A stretch of DNA of 64,000 bases from Burkholderiales bacterium PBB3 (GCA_002256115.1 NKIK01000003.1:194280-258279), one strand, 5' to 3'; shown: positions 37,850 through 47,385, numbered from the stretch's first letter. Translations and numbers: made by a program. The notes: generated by a model from the sequence alone, not told the origin.

Positions 37850-38566
37850 TCAATCGCCCAACTTTCCCCACAACTGATCAAACGCCCCCTGAAACTGCCG
37901 CACCAACGCAGCGTCATTCGTCACAACCACGTTCTCTTCGTTATGAGCCGCAGCACTGCGCGTCCAGTTGTAGCTGCCGTTCAGCAGCCACTGCCCATCA
38001 AAGATCGCAAACTTGTGGTGCATGTGCGCATCGGTGCGGTCCACGGCGGTGGGCACACCGGCGGCGCGCAGTCGGGTCACATCGCTGCCGGAGTCGGTTT
38101 CTTTGTCGTTGTCGGTGATGAAGCGCAGGGCCACGCCGCGTGCATGCGCGGCCAGCACCTCTTGGGCGATGCGGTCGTCGGACACGGTGAACACACAAAA
38201 ATCTACGCTGCGGTGGGCGCTGCGGAAGTGCTCGACGATGGTGTTCAGGCAAGCTTCACCAGGGCTAAAGAATGCGCTGGAGCGAATGGCTTGCGCTGGC
38301 GTACGGGCCACGTCCAGCGCGCGCACCACGGCCTCCGTCCAGCGCAGCACGGCCATGGGGTCTTGCTGTTCGGCCAACCGGTTGCGCGCCAGTGTGAAAG
38401 CATGGTTGCGCAGTTGGCGAAAGCCGTCTTCCGGCGGCTGGGCCTGGCGCAGGGTTTGGGCCAGGCTGTGTTTCTCTTCGTCGTCCAAGCGCAGGTCGGC
38501 CAGAGAGGCTTCCAACTGGCCTAGCAAGTTTTCCATGTCTGCGGGTGTGGCAGTCATCGTTTCCAC
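37850..38566 (-). CDS. Single-HKD phospholipase D superfamily nuclease (Nuc/NucT-like) with an approximately 90-aa N-terminal extension. Last gene of the 5-gene operon.
   Basis: HKD motif HHKFAIFDGQWLLNGSYNWT (HxK..D......GSxN) at nt 37950-38025. A 2-bp gap separates it from the upstream giant gene. Confidence 0.8.
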   Translation of the reverse strand: METMTATPADMENLLGQLEASLADLRLDDEEKHSLAQTLRQAQPPEDGFRQLRNHAFTLARNRLAEQQDPMAVLRWTEAVVRALDVARTPAQAIRSSAFFSPGEACLNTIVEHFRSAHRSVDFCVFTVSDDRIAQEVLAAHARGVALRFITDNDKETDSGSDVTRLRAAGVPTAVDRTDAHMHHKFAIFDGQWLLNGSYNWTRSAAAHNEENVVVTNDAALVRQFQGAFDQLWGKLGD

Positions 38567-38568
38567 AC

Positions 38569-41500
38569 TCAGCCCTCGGTCTTCTTGCCACCGCCCTGGG
38601 CACGCGGTGCCCGTGGCTCGTTGGCTTTGGCCAGCAGCAGCTCCAGCCGTTTACTGATGCTGTGGTCCAGGTCCATGCGCTTCTCCGTCGCGGCGATCAG
38701 CGGCATGATGACTTTGCGGTATGTCACCGCCAACTGCAGCACGGCCTCAGCCATTTGCGCTCCCTCACTGGGTTCTTTGGGTCCCGCTGCCGGGCGCAAC
38801 TCATCAACCGACCGGCTCACATCCAGCAGTGCATTGGCAATGCGCGTAGAGCCGTCCGCATCCGCCCCACCCGCTTTGCGCTGGCGCACAAATTCGGCGC
38901 AGATGGCCTGCCAACGCGCATCCTCCTCGGGGCTTGCGGTGCCCATCAGTTGGGCCAGCTTGAGTAGGTTTTCTTGCGTGCCGGTGGTCAGGGTCTGGGC
39001 CTCACCCCGGTAGTGGTCGCGCAGCAGGGCGTCCAGTTCATCCTCATGCATCAGCCCGGTGATCTGGGCAGCCAGCTTGGTCATATTGCGGTAGCTGCCC
39101 TGTAGCTTGAAAGCGGGCTCGGTGCGGTAGTCGTCACGCTGGGCGGCTGAATCGATATAGGCCTGGTTCACCTTCAGCAGCAGATCGCGCGCGCGGAACA
39201 GCCTTTGCATGAGTGCTTTAAGCTCTTCCAGTTCGGCACTACTGTAAGCATGGGCAAAGTCGCCGCTGGCCACCTCATCCCCCTGGGCCAGGCGCACCAG
39301 CAATTGCACATCGCGCGGGTCGCGCGATGACAGGGGTGCCAGCACCGGATTGCTGGTCAGGCTGTTCTCAATATACGACTGGGCGAACAGGGCTTCGCGC
39401 CCAGCCAACACATCGCCCAGGTTGTAGATATCGGCCCGGTTGGCCAGCATGTCCGGGATCTTGAAGACCTCGCCCGACTCGGTATACGGGTTGCCCGCCA
39501 TGGCGATGGCAAAGCGCTTACCGCGCAAGTCGTAGCTGCGCGCCTGGCCTTGCCACATGCCTTCAATGCGGCGCGTGCCATCGGCCAGGCCGATGAACTT
39601 CTGCAAAAACTCCGCACTGGTGTGCTGAATGTCGTCCAGGTAGAGCATCACATTGCTGCCCATGGCCAGGCCCAGGTTCAGCTTCTCCAGCTCTTGGCGG
39701 GCAGCGCTGTTGCTGGCCGACGCAGGGTCAAGCGCCGTCACGTCATGGCCCAGTGCGGGGCAGTTGATGCGCACAAACACCAGCCCCAGCCGGTCGGCCA
39801 CATATTCCATCAGCGTGGTCTTGCCATAGCCAGGCGGCGAAATCAGCAACAACAGCCCCATGCGGTCCGTACGGCTGGTGGCACCGGTGGTGCCAATCTG
39901 CTTGGCCAGGTTGTCGCCAATCATCGGCAGGTACACCTCGTCGATCAGACGGTTGCGCACAAAAGATGACAAAGGCTTGGCCTGGAACTGGGATAAACCG
40001 AGGCGCGATTTTTCTGCGCTCAGCAGTTCGTGGTGCAAGCTTTTGAGCGCTGCAAACGCGGGCACCACCGTTTCGGCATGCGCGCGGTAGCGGCTCCAGA
40101 AGTCATTCAAATTGATCTGCAAGCTGCCTTGATTGATGCGGGCGTGTTCGCTGCGCAAACCGGTCACCGTGGCATCCAGCACCACATTCACCCTGCGGCG
40201 CTGGCCTGGCACAGCCAATACGCAGGCGGCATCGTCTACCCATGCGATGGCGGTCGGCTGGTGCGCCAGTGCAAAGGCATGCATCCAGGCACGCGCCAGC
40301 AACCAACGCTCGGCGGGTGTGGATGCATCCAGGCTGTGTTGCCAATCCAGCGCTTGGCCCAGGCGCTCCAGCTCGCGCTGCAGTGCGCTGGCCATGTCTT
40401 CGCCCGCGCCGCTGATAACCCAGGCCTGCTCTGTACCTGCAGCCCCAATCTCCCGCAGCCAATAGCTCGCGGCTTGATGGCACGCGGTCTGGTGATGCCC
40501 GTTATCAACGGACACTGGCGACAACGCGAAGCCGCTCTCTTCGGCAAACTGCAGCACGCTGTGCGCGGCCTCCACTTCCAGTTTTTGCAGGCTATCGCCA
40601 GCGCCAAAGAGGTGTTGCACTTGCAGCGCTGCACGCGCACGCCGCCGCCAAGACGCCTGCGCCTCACCCGAGCCCAAGTGCTGCCAAACCAATGTCGCCA
40701 GCGCGCGCTCTGTGGGGCCCCAAGTCAGCAAGCCTGCCTGCTCTTGCATGGGCACCAAAGCAGCAACCAAGCGCACCGCATCTTCGTCGTGCACGCCCTT
40801 TTCGTACCCTTCTTGATAACGGGCTGCGGCAAATTGGCGCACGCCCTCCAGCAGCGCCGCATGGCCGTCTTCACCTTGCGCCACCAGCGCCAGAGTTTGT
40901 GCCCAGGTCAGTGTGGCCTGCCCTTTTAGAACCTCTTCAATCCAACTTGCCGCCAAGTACTCTGCGCGGCTGATCAGCGCGGTCTCAGACGGCAGGGCTT
41001 GTTGCCAATACGGGCGATACGCGTCCAGCCGCGCGTCTTGCAGCGGTGCCCGGTAATCCGTGCCCGTCAGGTAAAAGGCCATGCTGTCGCCCAGCGGAGC
41101 CAGTGTGAGCTCCAGCGGCTGGCGGCTGATGGTGAAAGCGTGGCGGCCCAGGCGCAAATGGTTGCCGCCCTCAGACACCAGCTCGCGCTGATCACGCACC
41201 GCGCGCAAGGCGTGGTCGCGGCAAGTCTTGAGGCGCGTGTCCAGATCATCCGCAGCCACCTGGTCACCCAGGCCCCGCATGTCTGCAATCAGAGTGCGCA
41301 GCTTGGCAATCAGCAAGTCCGCCGCAAAGTAGCTGTGCACTTCTTCCAAGCCACTGAGCTGGGCCACACGGCGCTGCGCCCCGTCCAAAATGCGACCGGC
41401 CGCTGCAGCCAGAGCCTGCACGCGCTGCTGGCGCGCTTGCACCAGCGTTTGCTTGCGCGCGGTCAGCGCTTCGTAGACGGCCTCGCGTTTCTCTGTCACA

Positions 41501-43743
41501 TCGGCCAAGAACTCAGCGTGCTCGGCAAAGCGGCCCTCCAGCTCTTCCAGTTGGGCCAGCAGGCGGGTCAATGCGTCATCGCATTTTTCGGGGGTGTCGG
41601 CAAAGTCCAGCGCGTTCTCCACCGCTTGGCCAAACAATTTGAACTGGGCCTGAAACTCGGCTGCCGCCTCGCGCGAGCCCAGTGCCTTGCGTCGGTTACG
41701 CGCATCGGCTCGCAAGCGGTTGATGTCGGTGTACAGCGCAGAAATGCGCTCCAGAATGCCAGTGCGCTGCACGGCATCGCCGCCGGGCAAACCACCCAGC
41801 TGTTCGGTCAGCAGGTCCAGGCCTGCGGCCGTATCGTCCAGCCCCTGCAGAATGCTTTGTAGGCCCTGGCTGGTGGATACCTTGGGCAGCTCAGTGGCCA
41901 CTTGTGCCAGTTGCTGCTGGTGGGCGTGGAAGGCCTTTGCATCGGCCATGAAGGCCATGGCGCGCTCACCCACGCGCTGCTGCTCGGCCACCAGCTCGGT
42001 GTGCATGGCCTCTATGCGGGGCAGATCGGTGTAGCGCAGTTCTTTCAGGGTTTCCAGGTGGCCGCGGCGTTCGCGCAGGCGGCCCAGCGCCGCCACAAAG
42101 TCTTCGGGCTTGCGCCATAGCGTGCTGGCAATATCCACCACCAGTGCCTTGTGCTGGGCCTGTGCTTCGTCCAGGGCCTTGGCGGTCTCCTTGCGGATTT
42201 GCTCTACCTTCTCAAACTCGGCCAGCGTGGTGCGCGCCGCATCGCCAATGCCTTGCAGGTCTTGCAGCAAAGCACCCGCCTCGGGGTCGGCCAGCCAAAA
42301 ATAAGCGTCTGTGACGCGTCCGCATTGGCGAATCAAATCCTCATAGGCGGTGCGGGTGGGCGCTTGCTCTTGCAAGGCGCGCGCAATGCCCATCAACTCG
42401 GCAATACCGCGCACCAGCTCCGCATTGCCGATACGGCTGAAAAAGCCGGTGCCCGCATTCGCGCCGCCCGCGTACTCCTCGCTAAAAAACGGGGTTTGCC
42501 ACAGCTGCATCGGGTGCAGCCGCGTGGGCTCACCCATGCCCGCCTGAAACACCAGCACCTTGCCATCGGCAAACAGCGCGTAGCCATTGGCCACGATCGG
42601 CGCGGCCAAGGATTTATCGATCAGGTTGTAGGTAAACAGCGCATAGTGGCCGCTGACCGGCTGGTAAAACAGATACAGCACATCCTCGCCATTGGGCGAG
42701 CGCAGCATGCGCTTGAAGCGCAAATTGCGTGCAACATCTTCAGGCAAATCAAAGTGCTTGAACTCGCCCGACTGCAGGTAATAGCCACCCGGAAACACAA
42801 TGCCGTGGTCCTCCGGCAACTGCACACACGACAAGCCAATGGCATCAATGCGCGCTACCTGCAGCGTGCGCTGGTTGAAGACCAGATAGCGGGTAGTTTG
42901 TTCGCGATAGGGCCGCACGCGCAGCAAAATGAGTGCGCCCAGCTTGGCGTAGGCCACCTCGGCATCGGTGAGCGACTGGCTCTTGTCGTCCACCGGCTCG
43001 CTGTAAATGCCCAGTCCGGTTTCGGTGTTGTTCTCTACCTTAACGGTCAGGTCGCCACCCACCGTCTCCACGAATACCGTGTCCAGAATATTGATATGCG
43101 GATGCTTGCCGTCCACATGGTTTTCACGGGTGGTTGGCGTCCATTCAAAGTCGTGGCTAGGCGGTAGCGCAATGTCGCGCTCGCCACGGTTGTCCAGATA
43201 CTGCAGCGTGCCATCTGGCGACAACTGCCAGCGGAACACGCGCACGTCGTGCACTTGCTGACCTATCTGAAAAGCCGCCAGCAGCTTACCCTGCGTGACC
43301 CGCAGTTGCAGCAGTTGGGCTTGCTTGTAATAGGCGTAAAGCTCTTTGAAGTCGGATGCGAAACGCGCGTCTTCCAGAAAGCTGCCAGCCAGAGGCACAT
43401 CTTCCAGATCCTGCTCGGTACCCATGCGGTACAGCGCAAAAACATCCCCCACGCTGGTCTCTTTGCGCAGGCCAATGAAAACGTTATAGCCAAACAGCAG
43501 CAGATCGCCAATGCGCACGATGTCGCGGGCGACACAGTTGTTTTGGGTGCGGGCACGGGTGCGCAGTACCAGCGTTTGCTCGGACTTGCCAAACTCTAGC
43601 GTGCGGGCGGCATTGAGCGTTTGTGCTTTTTTAAGCAGCACTTCGCCCTGCACGGTCAGGCGATTCTTCAGCAGCTCGTAGCTATTGCTGCCAGCGACCA
43701 GACTCTCAGTGGAGTCTGCCGCCGCGGATGTGTCAGAAGGCAT
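38569..43743 (-). CDS. Giant 1724-aa protein: uncharacterised N-terminal region, long coiled-coil middle, and an AAA+ (AAA_5/MoxR-dynein-like) P-loop ATPase domain near the C-terminal third
   Basis: Walker A LLLISPPGYGKTTL (nt about 39811-39840), Walker B VMLYLDDIQH (nt about 39620-39650) and the AAA_5-like segment AMAGNPYTESGEVFKIPDMLANRADIY. Heptad-like Ala/Glu/Leu/Arg-rich stretches span aa about 480-900. Confidence 0.7.
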   Translation of the reverse strand: MPSDTSAAADSTESLVAGSNSYELLKNRLTVQGEVLLKKAQTLNAARTLEFGKSEQTLVLRTRARTQNNCVARDIVRIGDLLLFGYNVFIGLRKETSVGDVFALYRMGTEQDLEDVPLAGSFLEDARFASDFKELYAYYKQAQLLQLRVTQGKLLAAFQIGQQVHDVRVFRWQLSPDGTLQYLDNRGERDIALPPSHDFEWTPTTRENHVDGKHPHINILDTVFVETVGGDLTVKVENNTETGLGIYSEPVDDKSQSLTDAEVAYAKLGALILLRVRPYREQTTRYLVFNQRTLQVARIDAIGLSCVQLPEDHGIVFPGGYYLQSGEFKHFDLPEDVARNLRFKRMLRSPNGEDVLYLFYQPVSGHYALFTYNLIDKSLAAPIVANGYALFADGKVLVFQAGMGEPTRLHPMQLWQTPFFSEEYAGGANAGTGFFSRIGNAELVRGIAELMGIARALQEQAPTRTAYEDLIRQCGRVTDAYFWLADPEAGALLQDLQGIGDAARTTLAEFEKVEQIRKETAKALDEAQAQHKALVVDIASTLWRKPEDFVAALGRLRERRGHLETLKELRYTDLPRIEAMHTELVAEQQRVGERAMAFMADAKAFHAHQQQLAQVATELPKVSTSQGLQSILQGLDDTAAGLDLLTEQLGGLPGGDAVQRTGILERISALYTDINRLRADARNRRKALGSREAAAEFQAQFKLFGQAVENALDFADTPEKCDDALTRLLAQLEELEGRFAEHAEFLADVTEKREAVYEALTARKQTLVQARQQRVQALAAAAGRILDGAQRRVAQLSGLEEVHSYFAADLLIAKLRTLIADMRGLGDQVAADDLDTRLKTCRDHALRAVRDQRELVSEGGNHLRLGRHAFTISRQPLELTLAPLGDSMAFYLTGTDYRAPLQDARLDAYRPYWQQALPSETALISRAEYLAASWIEEVLKGQATLTWAQTLALVAQGEDGHAALLEGVRQFAAARYQEGYEKGVHDEDAVRLVAALVPMQEQAGLLTWGPTERALATLVWQHLGSGEAQASWRRRARAALQVQHLFGAGDSLQKLEVEAAHSVLQFAEESGFALSPVSVDNGHHQTACHQAASYWLREIGAAGTEQAWVISGAGEDMASALQRELERLGQALDWQHSLDASTPAERWLLARAWMHAFALAHQPTAIAWVDDAACVLAVPGQRRRVNVVLDATVTGLRSEHARINQGSLQINLNDFWSRYRAHAETVVPAFAALKSLHHELLSAEKSRLGLSQFQAKPLSSFVRNRLIDEVYLPMIGDNLAKQIGTTGATSRTDRMGLLLLISPPGYGKTTLMEYVADRLGLVFVRINCPALGHDVTALDPASASNSAARQELEKLNLGLAMGSNVMLYLDDIQHTSAEFLQKFIGLADGTRRIEGMWQGQARSYDLRGKRFAIAMAGNPYTESGEVFKIPDMLANRADIYNLGDVLAGREALFAQSYIENSLTSNPVLAPLSSRDPRDVQLLVRLAQGDEVASGDFAHAYSSAELEELKALMQRLFRARDLLLKVNQAYIDSAAQRDDYRTEPAFKLQGSYRNMTKLAAQITGLMHEDELDALLRDHYRGEAQTLTTGTQENLLKLAQLMGTASPEEDARWQAICAEFVRQRKAGGADADGSTRIANALLDVSRSVDELRPAAGPKEPSEGAQMAEAVLQLAVTYRKVIMPLIAATEKRMDLDHSISKRLELLLAKANEPRAPRAQGGGKKTEG

Positions 43744-43751
43744 GCAGACCC

Positions 43752-44288
43752 TTACCAGTCAGCACGCAACAAGGCGACTAGCTCGTCACGGCCTGGCTGC
43801 GCCTGAAGCCACTGGCGAATGCGTGCCAGCTCATCCATGGTCTCAGCGCCGTGGCGTTGGCGCAGCACGGCTTCGCGTCCTTGGCGCAACTCGTTAGTCT
43901 GCAATTGGCGCTGCCAAGCATCGGTCAGAATCTCGTCGAGCCGGCTGCCCAGACCTGCTGCCACAAATGCCTGCCACTCGCCGCGGGCAAACCAGACGTT
44001 CTGGCACGCAGCGCAACGGTCCACGCGGAAGTCGGGCTGCGCGCCTACGCGGAAACGCTGCATCAGGCGCGCGCACGCAGGGCAATGCCGGGCGATCGGG
44101 TCTTCATCGGCAGCGATGGCTTGCGCCACCGGCGGCACCGGTGTTTTGTCGCGCCAGGCGCGGTAGTCGTCGAGTTGTAAAAGCTGGCCTTCACAACTGA
44201 CGCATTCCAGGCCCTGCAGTCCGGGTGCCAATTCGCAGACTGTGAGTTCGGTGTGGGCCTCGCAGCCGCAGCGCAGTGTTGATTTCAT
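43752..44288 (-). CDS. Zinc-ribbon protein with four CxxC pairs
   Basis: CGCEAH...C, CVSC, CPAC and CAAC in 178 aa. Gaps of 8 bp and 15 bp to the neighbouring genes. Confidence 0.6.
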   Translation of the reverse strand: MKSTLRCGCEAHTELTVCELAPGLQGLECVSCEGQLLQLDDYRAWRDKTPVPPVAQAIAADEDPIARHCPACARLMQRFRVGAQPDFRVDRCAACQNVWFARGEWQAFVAAGLGSRLDEILTDAWQRQLQTNELRQGREAVLRQRHGAETMDELARIRQWLQAQPGRDELVALLRADW

Positions 44289-44303
44289 GGGTGTGCTCCT
44301 GCG

Positions 44304-46466
44304 TTACTCGGGTTTCTGGCCACTTTTGTTGGTCTTGGACAGCAAGGAGGCAATCGCCAGGTCTTTCAGCTCGCCCGACGAGTTGCCGAGCGACCCGACC
44401 AGTTGCCCCAGGTCGTCCACCATATTGCGTTTGCCCGACAGGTGATCTTTCAGCCCGATCTTCAGCGTATCGCTCTTGGCGATAGCGCCGTCGATGCCCT
44501 TGCCCACCGCCAGCGCACTGACGAAACGCTCGAAGTAGCTGCCGTCGCCGCCCACCATCTCGATCTTGGCATTGGCCAGTGCTTTGCCCAGGACTTCGGC
44601 CTGCTCTTTGGCGATGGCGGTTTGTGCATCGATGCCCTTGAGGGTCTCGGTATGCGCCATCTCCAGCCGCATGCGGTATTCCTCGTGGTCGCGCGTTTCG
44701 CTGCTCATGGCCTTCATGGCTTCAAACTTCTCGCGCAGGCCCTTGGCCTCTGCAGAGAAGCGTGCTTGCACGTTCTGGGCATCAGCTTCGCCTGCCTTGA
44801 TCGTGGCTTCGGCTCCGGCGGTGCGCACAGCCACTTCGGCCAGGCCCAGTTTCTCTTTGCCTTGCGCTTCAGCTTCCAGTTTGGCCTGCAGGCCCGTGGC
44901 TTCGGCTTGCGCGCGCGCTTCGATCACCTGCGCGTCTGCCAGGCCGGCTTTGATGGTGGCTTCCACGCCCGCTGTACGCACCGCCACATCGGCCAGGCCC
45001 AGCTTCTCTTTGCCTTGCGCTTCAGCCTGGTTACGCGCCTCAATCACATGCACATCCGACAGACCCTTTTTCTCGGTGGCGTCGGCAGTCACCATCATCA
45101 CGCGGGCGGCCGCCAGGCCAGGGGCGGCACTCACTGCCTCCATGCCTTCCGCCTCCCGCTTTTTGGACTCGGCGTTCTTCTCTGACACCTTGAGTCGCGC
45201 ATCCGCCATGGCGACTTCTTCGCTAGCTTTGTGGCGTGCACTGCGTTCTTGCGACTCTGCCGCCTTCACTTCCGCAATCATTTTTTCTTCGGCCTGACCT
45301 TCAGCCAGGATGATGGTGGAGCGCTTGGTGCGCTCTGCCTCCGCTACCACGCGCAGTTCCTTGATGGCTTCTTCTTGCTCGGCCACGGTGCGGTCCACCA
45401 CGATGCGTTCGCGGATCACGTCGGCAATGGCTTTCTTTTGCACCTCCAGCGCGCGTTCTTTGTCGATCTTCTGCAGGGCCACTTCTTTCTCGCGGTCCAC
45501 CACTTCCAGGTCGCGCGCACGAATCACTTTTTCTTCTTCAATGGCCACCGCGCGCTTGCGGTTGTTCTCGGCCACTTCTTTTTCGCGCAATGCGTTTTCG
45601 TTTTGCACTGCTACCTGCTGCTCGCCTTGCAGGCGCGCCATCTCGGATTTGGTGCGTTCCTCAGATTGGATCTTGGAAGTCTCGGCCTCTTCGCGAGCGC
45701 GCATGGTGGCCACTTCCCGCTGCTGGCGGGCTTGGGCGTCGGCGGCCTGGCGATCCAGCTCCAGCATGGTCTCCTGGGTTTCCACGTTTTTCTTCTTGAT
45801 CTGCATCTCTTCGTTGCGGCGCAGCTCGTTGGTGCGCACGCTCTCCACCGCCGTCAGCTCGGTGATTTTCTTGATGCCCTGGGCGTCCAGAATATTGCTC
45901 GCGTCCAGCTTGGACACCGGTGTTTGCTCCAGGTAGTCAATGGCAGCATCTTCGAGCACATAGCCCGACAGGTCGTCGCCAATCTGGCGAATGATTTCGT
46001 CGCGGAAATGGTCGCGCGCCTGGTACAGGTCCACAAATTCCATGGACTTGCCCACGGTTTTGAGCGCCTCTGAAAACTTGGAGGAGAACAGGTCTTCCAA
46101 CGCATCCTGGTTGGAGGCTCGCTCGCAGCCCACGCCTTGGGCGACCTTCAAAACGTCTTCCGCGGTTTTGTTGACGCGTACGAAAAACTTGACCTTGATG
46201 TCGGCGCGGATGTTGTCCTTGCAGATCAGCCCTTCGCGGCCCGAACGGTCAATCTCAATGGTCTTGACCGAGATGTCCATCAACTCGGCCTTGTGGATGA
46301 TGGGGTAGACCATGCAGCCTGTGAAAGTGACCGTAGGCTCAGCGCGCATGGTGTTCACGATCAGGGCGTGGCCCTGCTCAATCTTCCGGTAAAAGCGCGC
46401 AAACAATACAAACATGCCGAACACGATGACCGTGATGACGGCTGCTGCGACGATGATGGGTTCCAT
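44304..46466 (-). CDS. yqiK: Flotillin-like SPFH/Band-7 protein (YqiK-like) with a long C-terminal coiled coil containing tandem approximately 40-aa repeats
   Basis: N-terminal TM plus SPFH domain (HALIVNTMRAEPTVTFTG...IRADIKVKFFVRV) and Ala/Glu-rich repeats such as EAQGKEKLGLADVAVRTAGVEATIKAG. Confidence 0.8.
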   Translation of the reverse strand: MEPIIVAAAVITVIVFGMFVLFARFYRKIEQGHALIVNTMRAEPTVTFTGCMVYPIIHKAELMDISVKTIEIDRSGREGLICKDNIRADIKVKFFVRVNKTAEDVLKVAQGVGCERASNQDALEDLFSSKFSEALKTVGKSMEFVDLYQARDHFRDEIIRQIGDDLSGYVLEDAAIDYLEQTPVSKLDASNILDAQGIKKITELTAVESVRTNELRRNEEMQIKKKNVETQETMLELDRQAADAQARQQREVATMRAREEAETSKIQSEERTKSEMARLQGEQQVAVQNENALREKEVAENNRKRAVAIEEEKVIRARDLEVVDREKEVALQKIDKERALEVQKKAIADVIRERIVVDRTVAEQEEAIKELRVVAEAERTKRSTIILAEGQAEEKMIAEVKAAESQERSARHKASEEVAMADARLKVSEKNAESKKREAEGMEAVSAAPGLAAARVMMVTADATEKKGLSDVHVIEARNQAEAQGKEKLGLADVAVRTAGVEATIKAGLADAQVIEARAQAEATGLQAKLEAEAQGKEKLGLAEVAVRTAGAEATIKAGEADAQNVQARFSAEAKGLREKFEAMKAMSSETRDHEEYRMRLEMAHTETLKGIDAQTAIAKEQAEVLGKALANAKIEMVGGDGSYFERFVSALAVGKGIDGAIAKSDTLKIGLKDHLSGKRNMVDDLGQLVGSLGNSSGELKDLAIASLLSKTNKSGQKPE

Positions 46467-46523
46467 GAAAACTCCCTAGTGAAACAAATTACTTAAACGA
46501 TCGAAGAGGCAGTGCGCAGGGCG

Positions 46524-47153
46524 CTAAGGCTCCGCCACCACCTTGTAGCGTGCTGTCTTTTCGTCATAGCCCACGATGCGTGCACTGCTACCGCGTGCCA
46601 GTGCATTGGGCACAGGCGTCCAGATGCGAATATTGATGCTGGCACCGTGCTGGGCCACCTCGGCGCGGCCCATCTGCTCATCCACCGTTTGGGTCAGCAC
46701 TTTGCAGGTCTGCCCCACCAGCGATGCATTGTTGATGGCAGCGTGGGTGACGAACAAACCACGCAGCGGCCGAATCATGCGGGCACTGACCGTGACCGCC
46801 AAAGACAGGCTGGCCAGGGCCAACACAGCACCCGCGCCGTAGTTGGCTGCGGCACCACCCAACCAGGGCAGCACCCACATGGCCCCCAGGCAGCTCAGTG
46901 TCCAAGCGACCAATATGACCAGGCTGACCGCGATAGAAAATGGAACCCCGTGCAGGCCGAAAGCGACCACATAGCTGGCCACCGTGCTGATCTCGTAGCC
47001 GTCCACATCGGCGGCAGAGCCAGGCTCCAGGTCCAGAGACTCTAAATCGACCACGCCCAGCAGGGCCAGCAGCCAGTAAAAGATCACGACCCCTAAAAAA
47101 GTCGTGAAGAGTGCGGTGGGAAATGCGACCACCGCGTCCAAAAAGCTCAGCAT
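46524..47153 (-). CDS. yqiJ: NfeD-family / YqiJ-like (DUF1449) inner-membrane protein, partner of flotillin
   Basis: A 209-aa ORF with N-terminal TM helices and a C-terminal OB-fold-like region. Gene order mirrors E. coli yqiJK. Confidence 0.7.
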   Translation of the reverse strand: MLSFLDAVVAFPTALFTTFLGVVIFYWLLALLGVVDLESLDLEPGSAADVDGYEISTVASYVVAFGLHGVPFSIAVSLVILVAWTLSCLGAMWVLPWLGGAAANYGAGAVLALASLSLAVTVSARMIRPLRGLFVTHAAINNASLVGQTCKVLTQTVDEQMGRAEVAQHGASINIRIWTPVPNALARGSSARIVGYDEKTARYKVVAEP

Positions 47154-47337
47154 TGTTCTCCCTCTTATATGGCTAAGCGCCGTTTTGCCGCGATGTTAGC
47201 CAATCTGGCCCGCGGCGGGCCCGTTTTCTACGGGCTTGCGGATATTGTGTGCAATAAATTGGCCCCACAGCGCAAAAGCCATCTTGGGCTTAGGGGCCTT
47301 GGCAGCCGCGCAATTTAAATGAATTCAAGCTGTAGAG

Positions 47338-47385
47338 CCCATGGATAGTGCGGGAGCAGCTTCTGAATTGATAGCAATCAATAAC
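47338..47385 (-). repeat. Dispersed repeat family copy 8
   Basis: Sequence gctgtagagCCCATGGATAGTGCGGGAGCAGCTTCtgaattgatagc. Confidence 0.85.
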
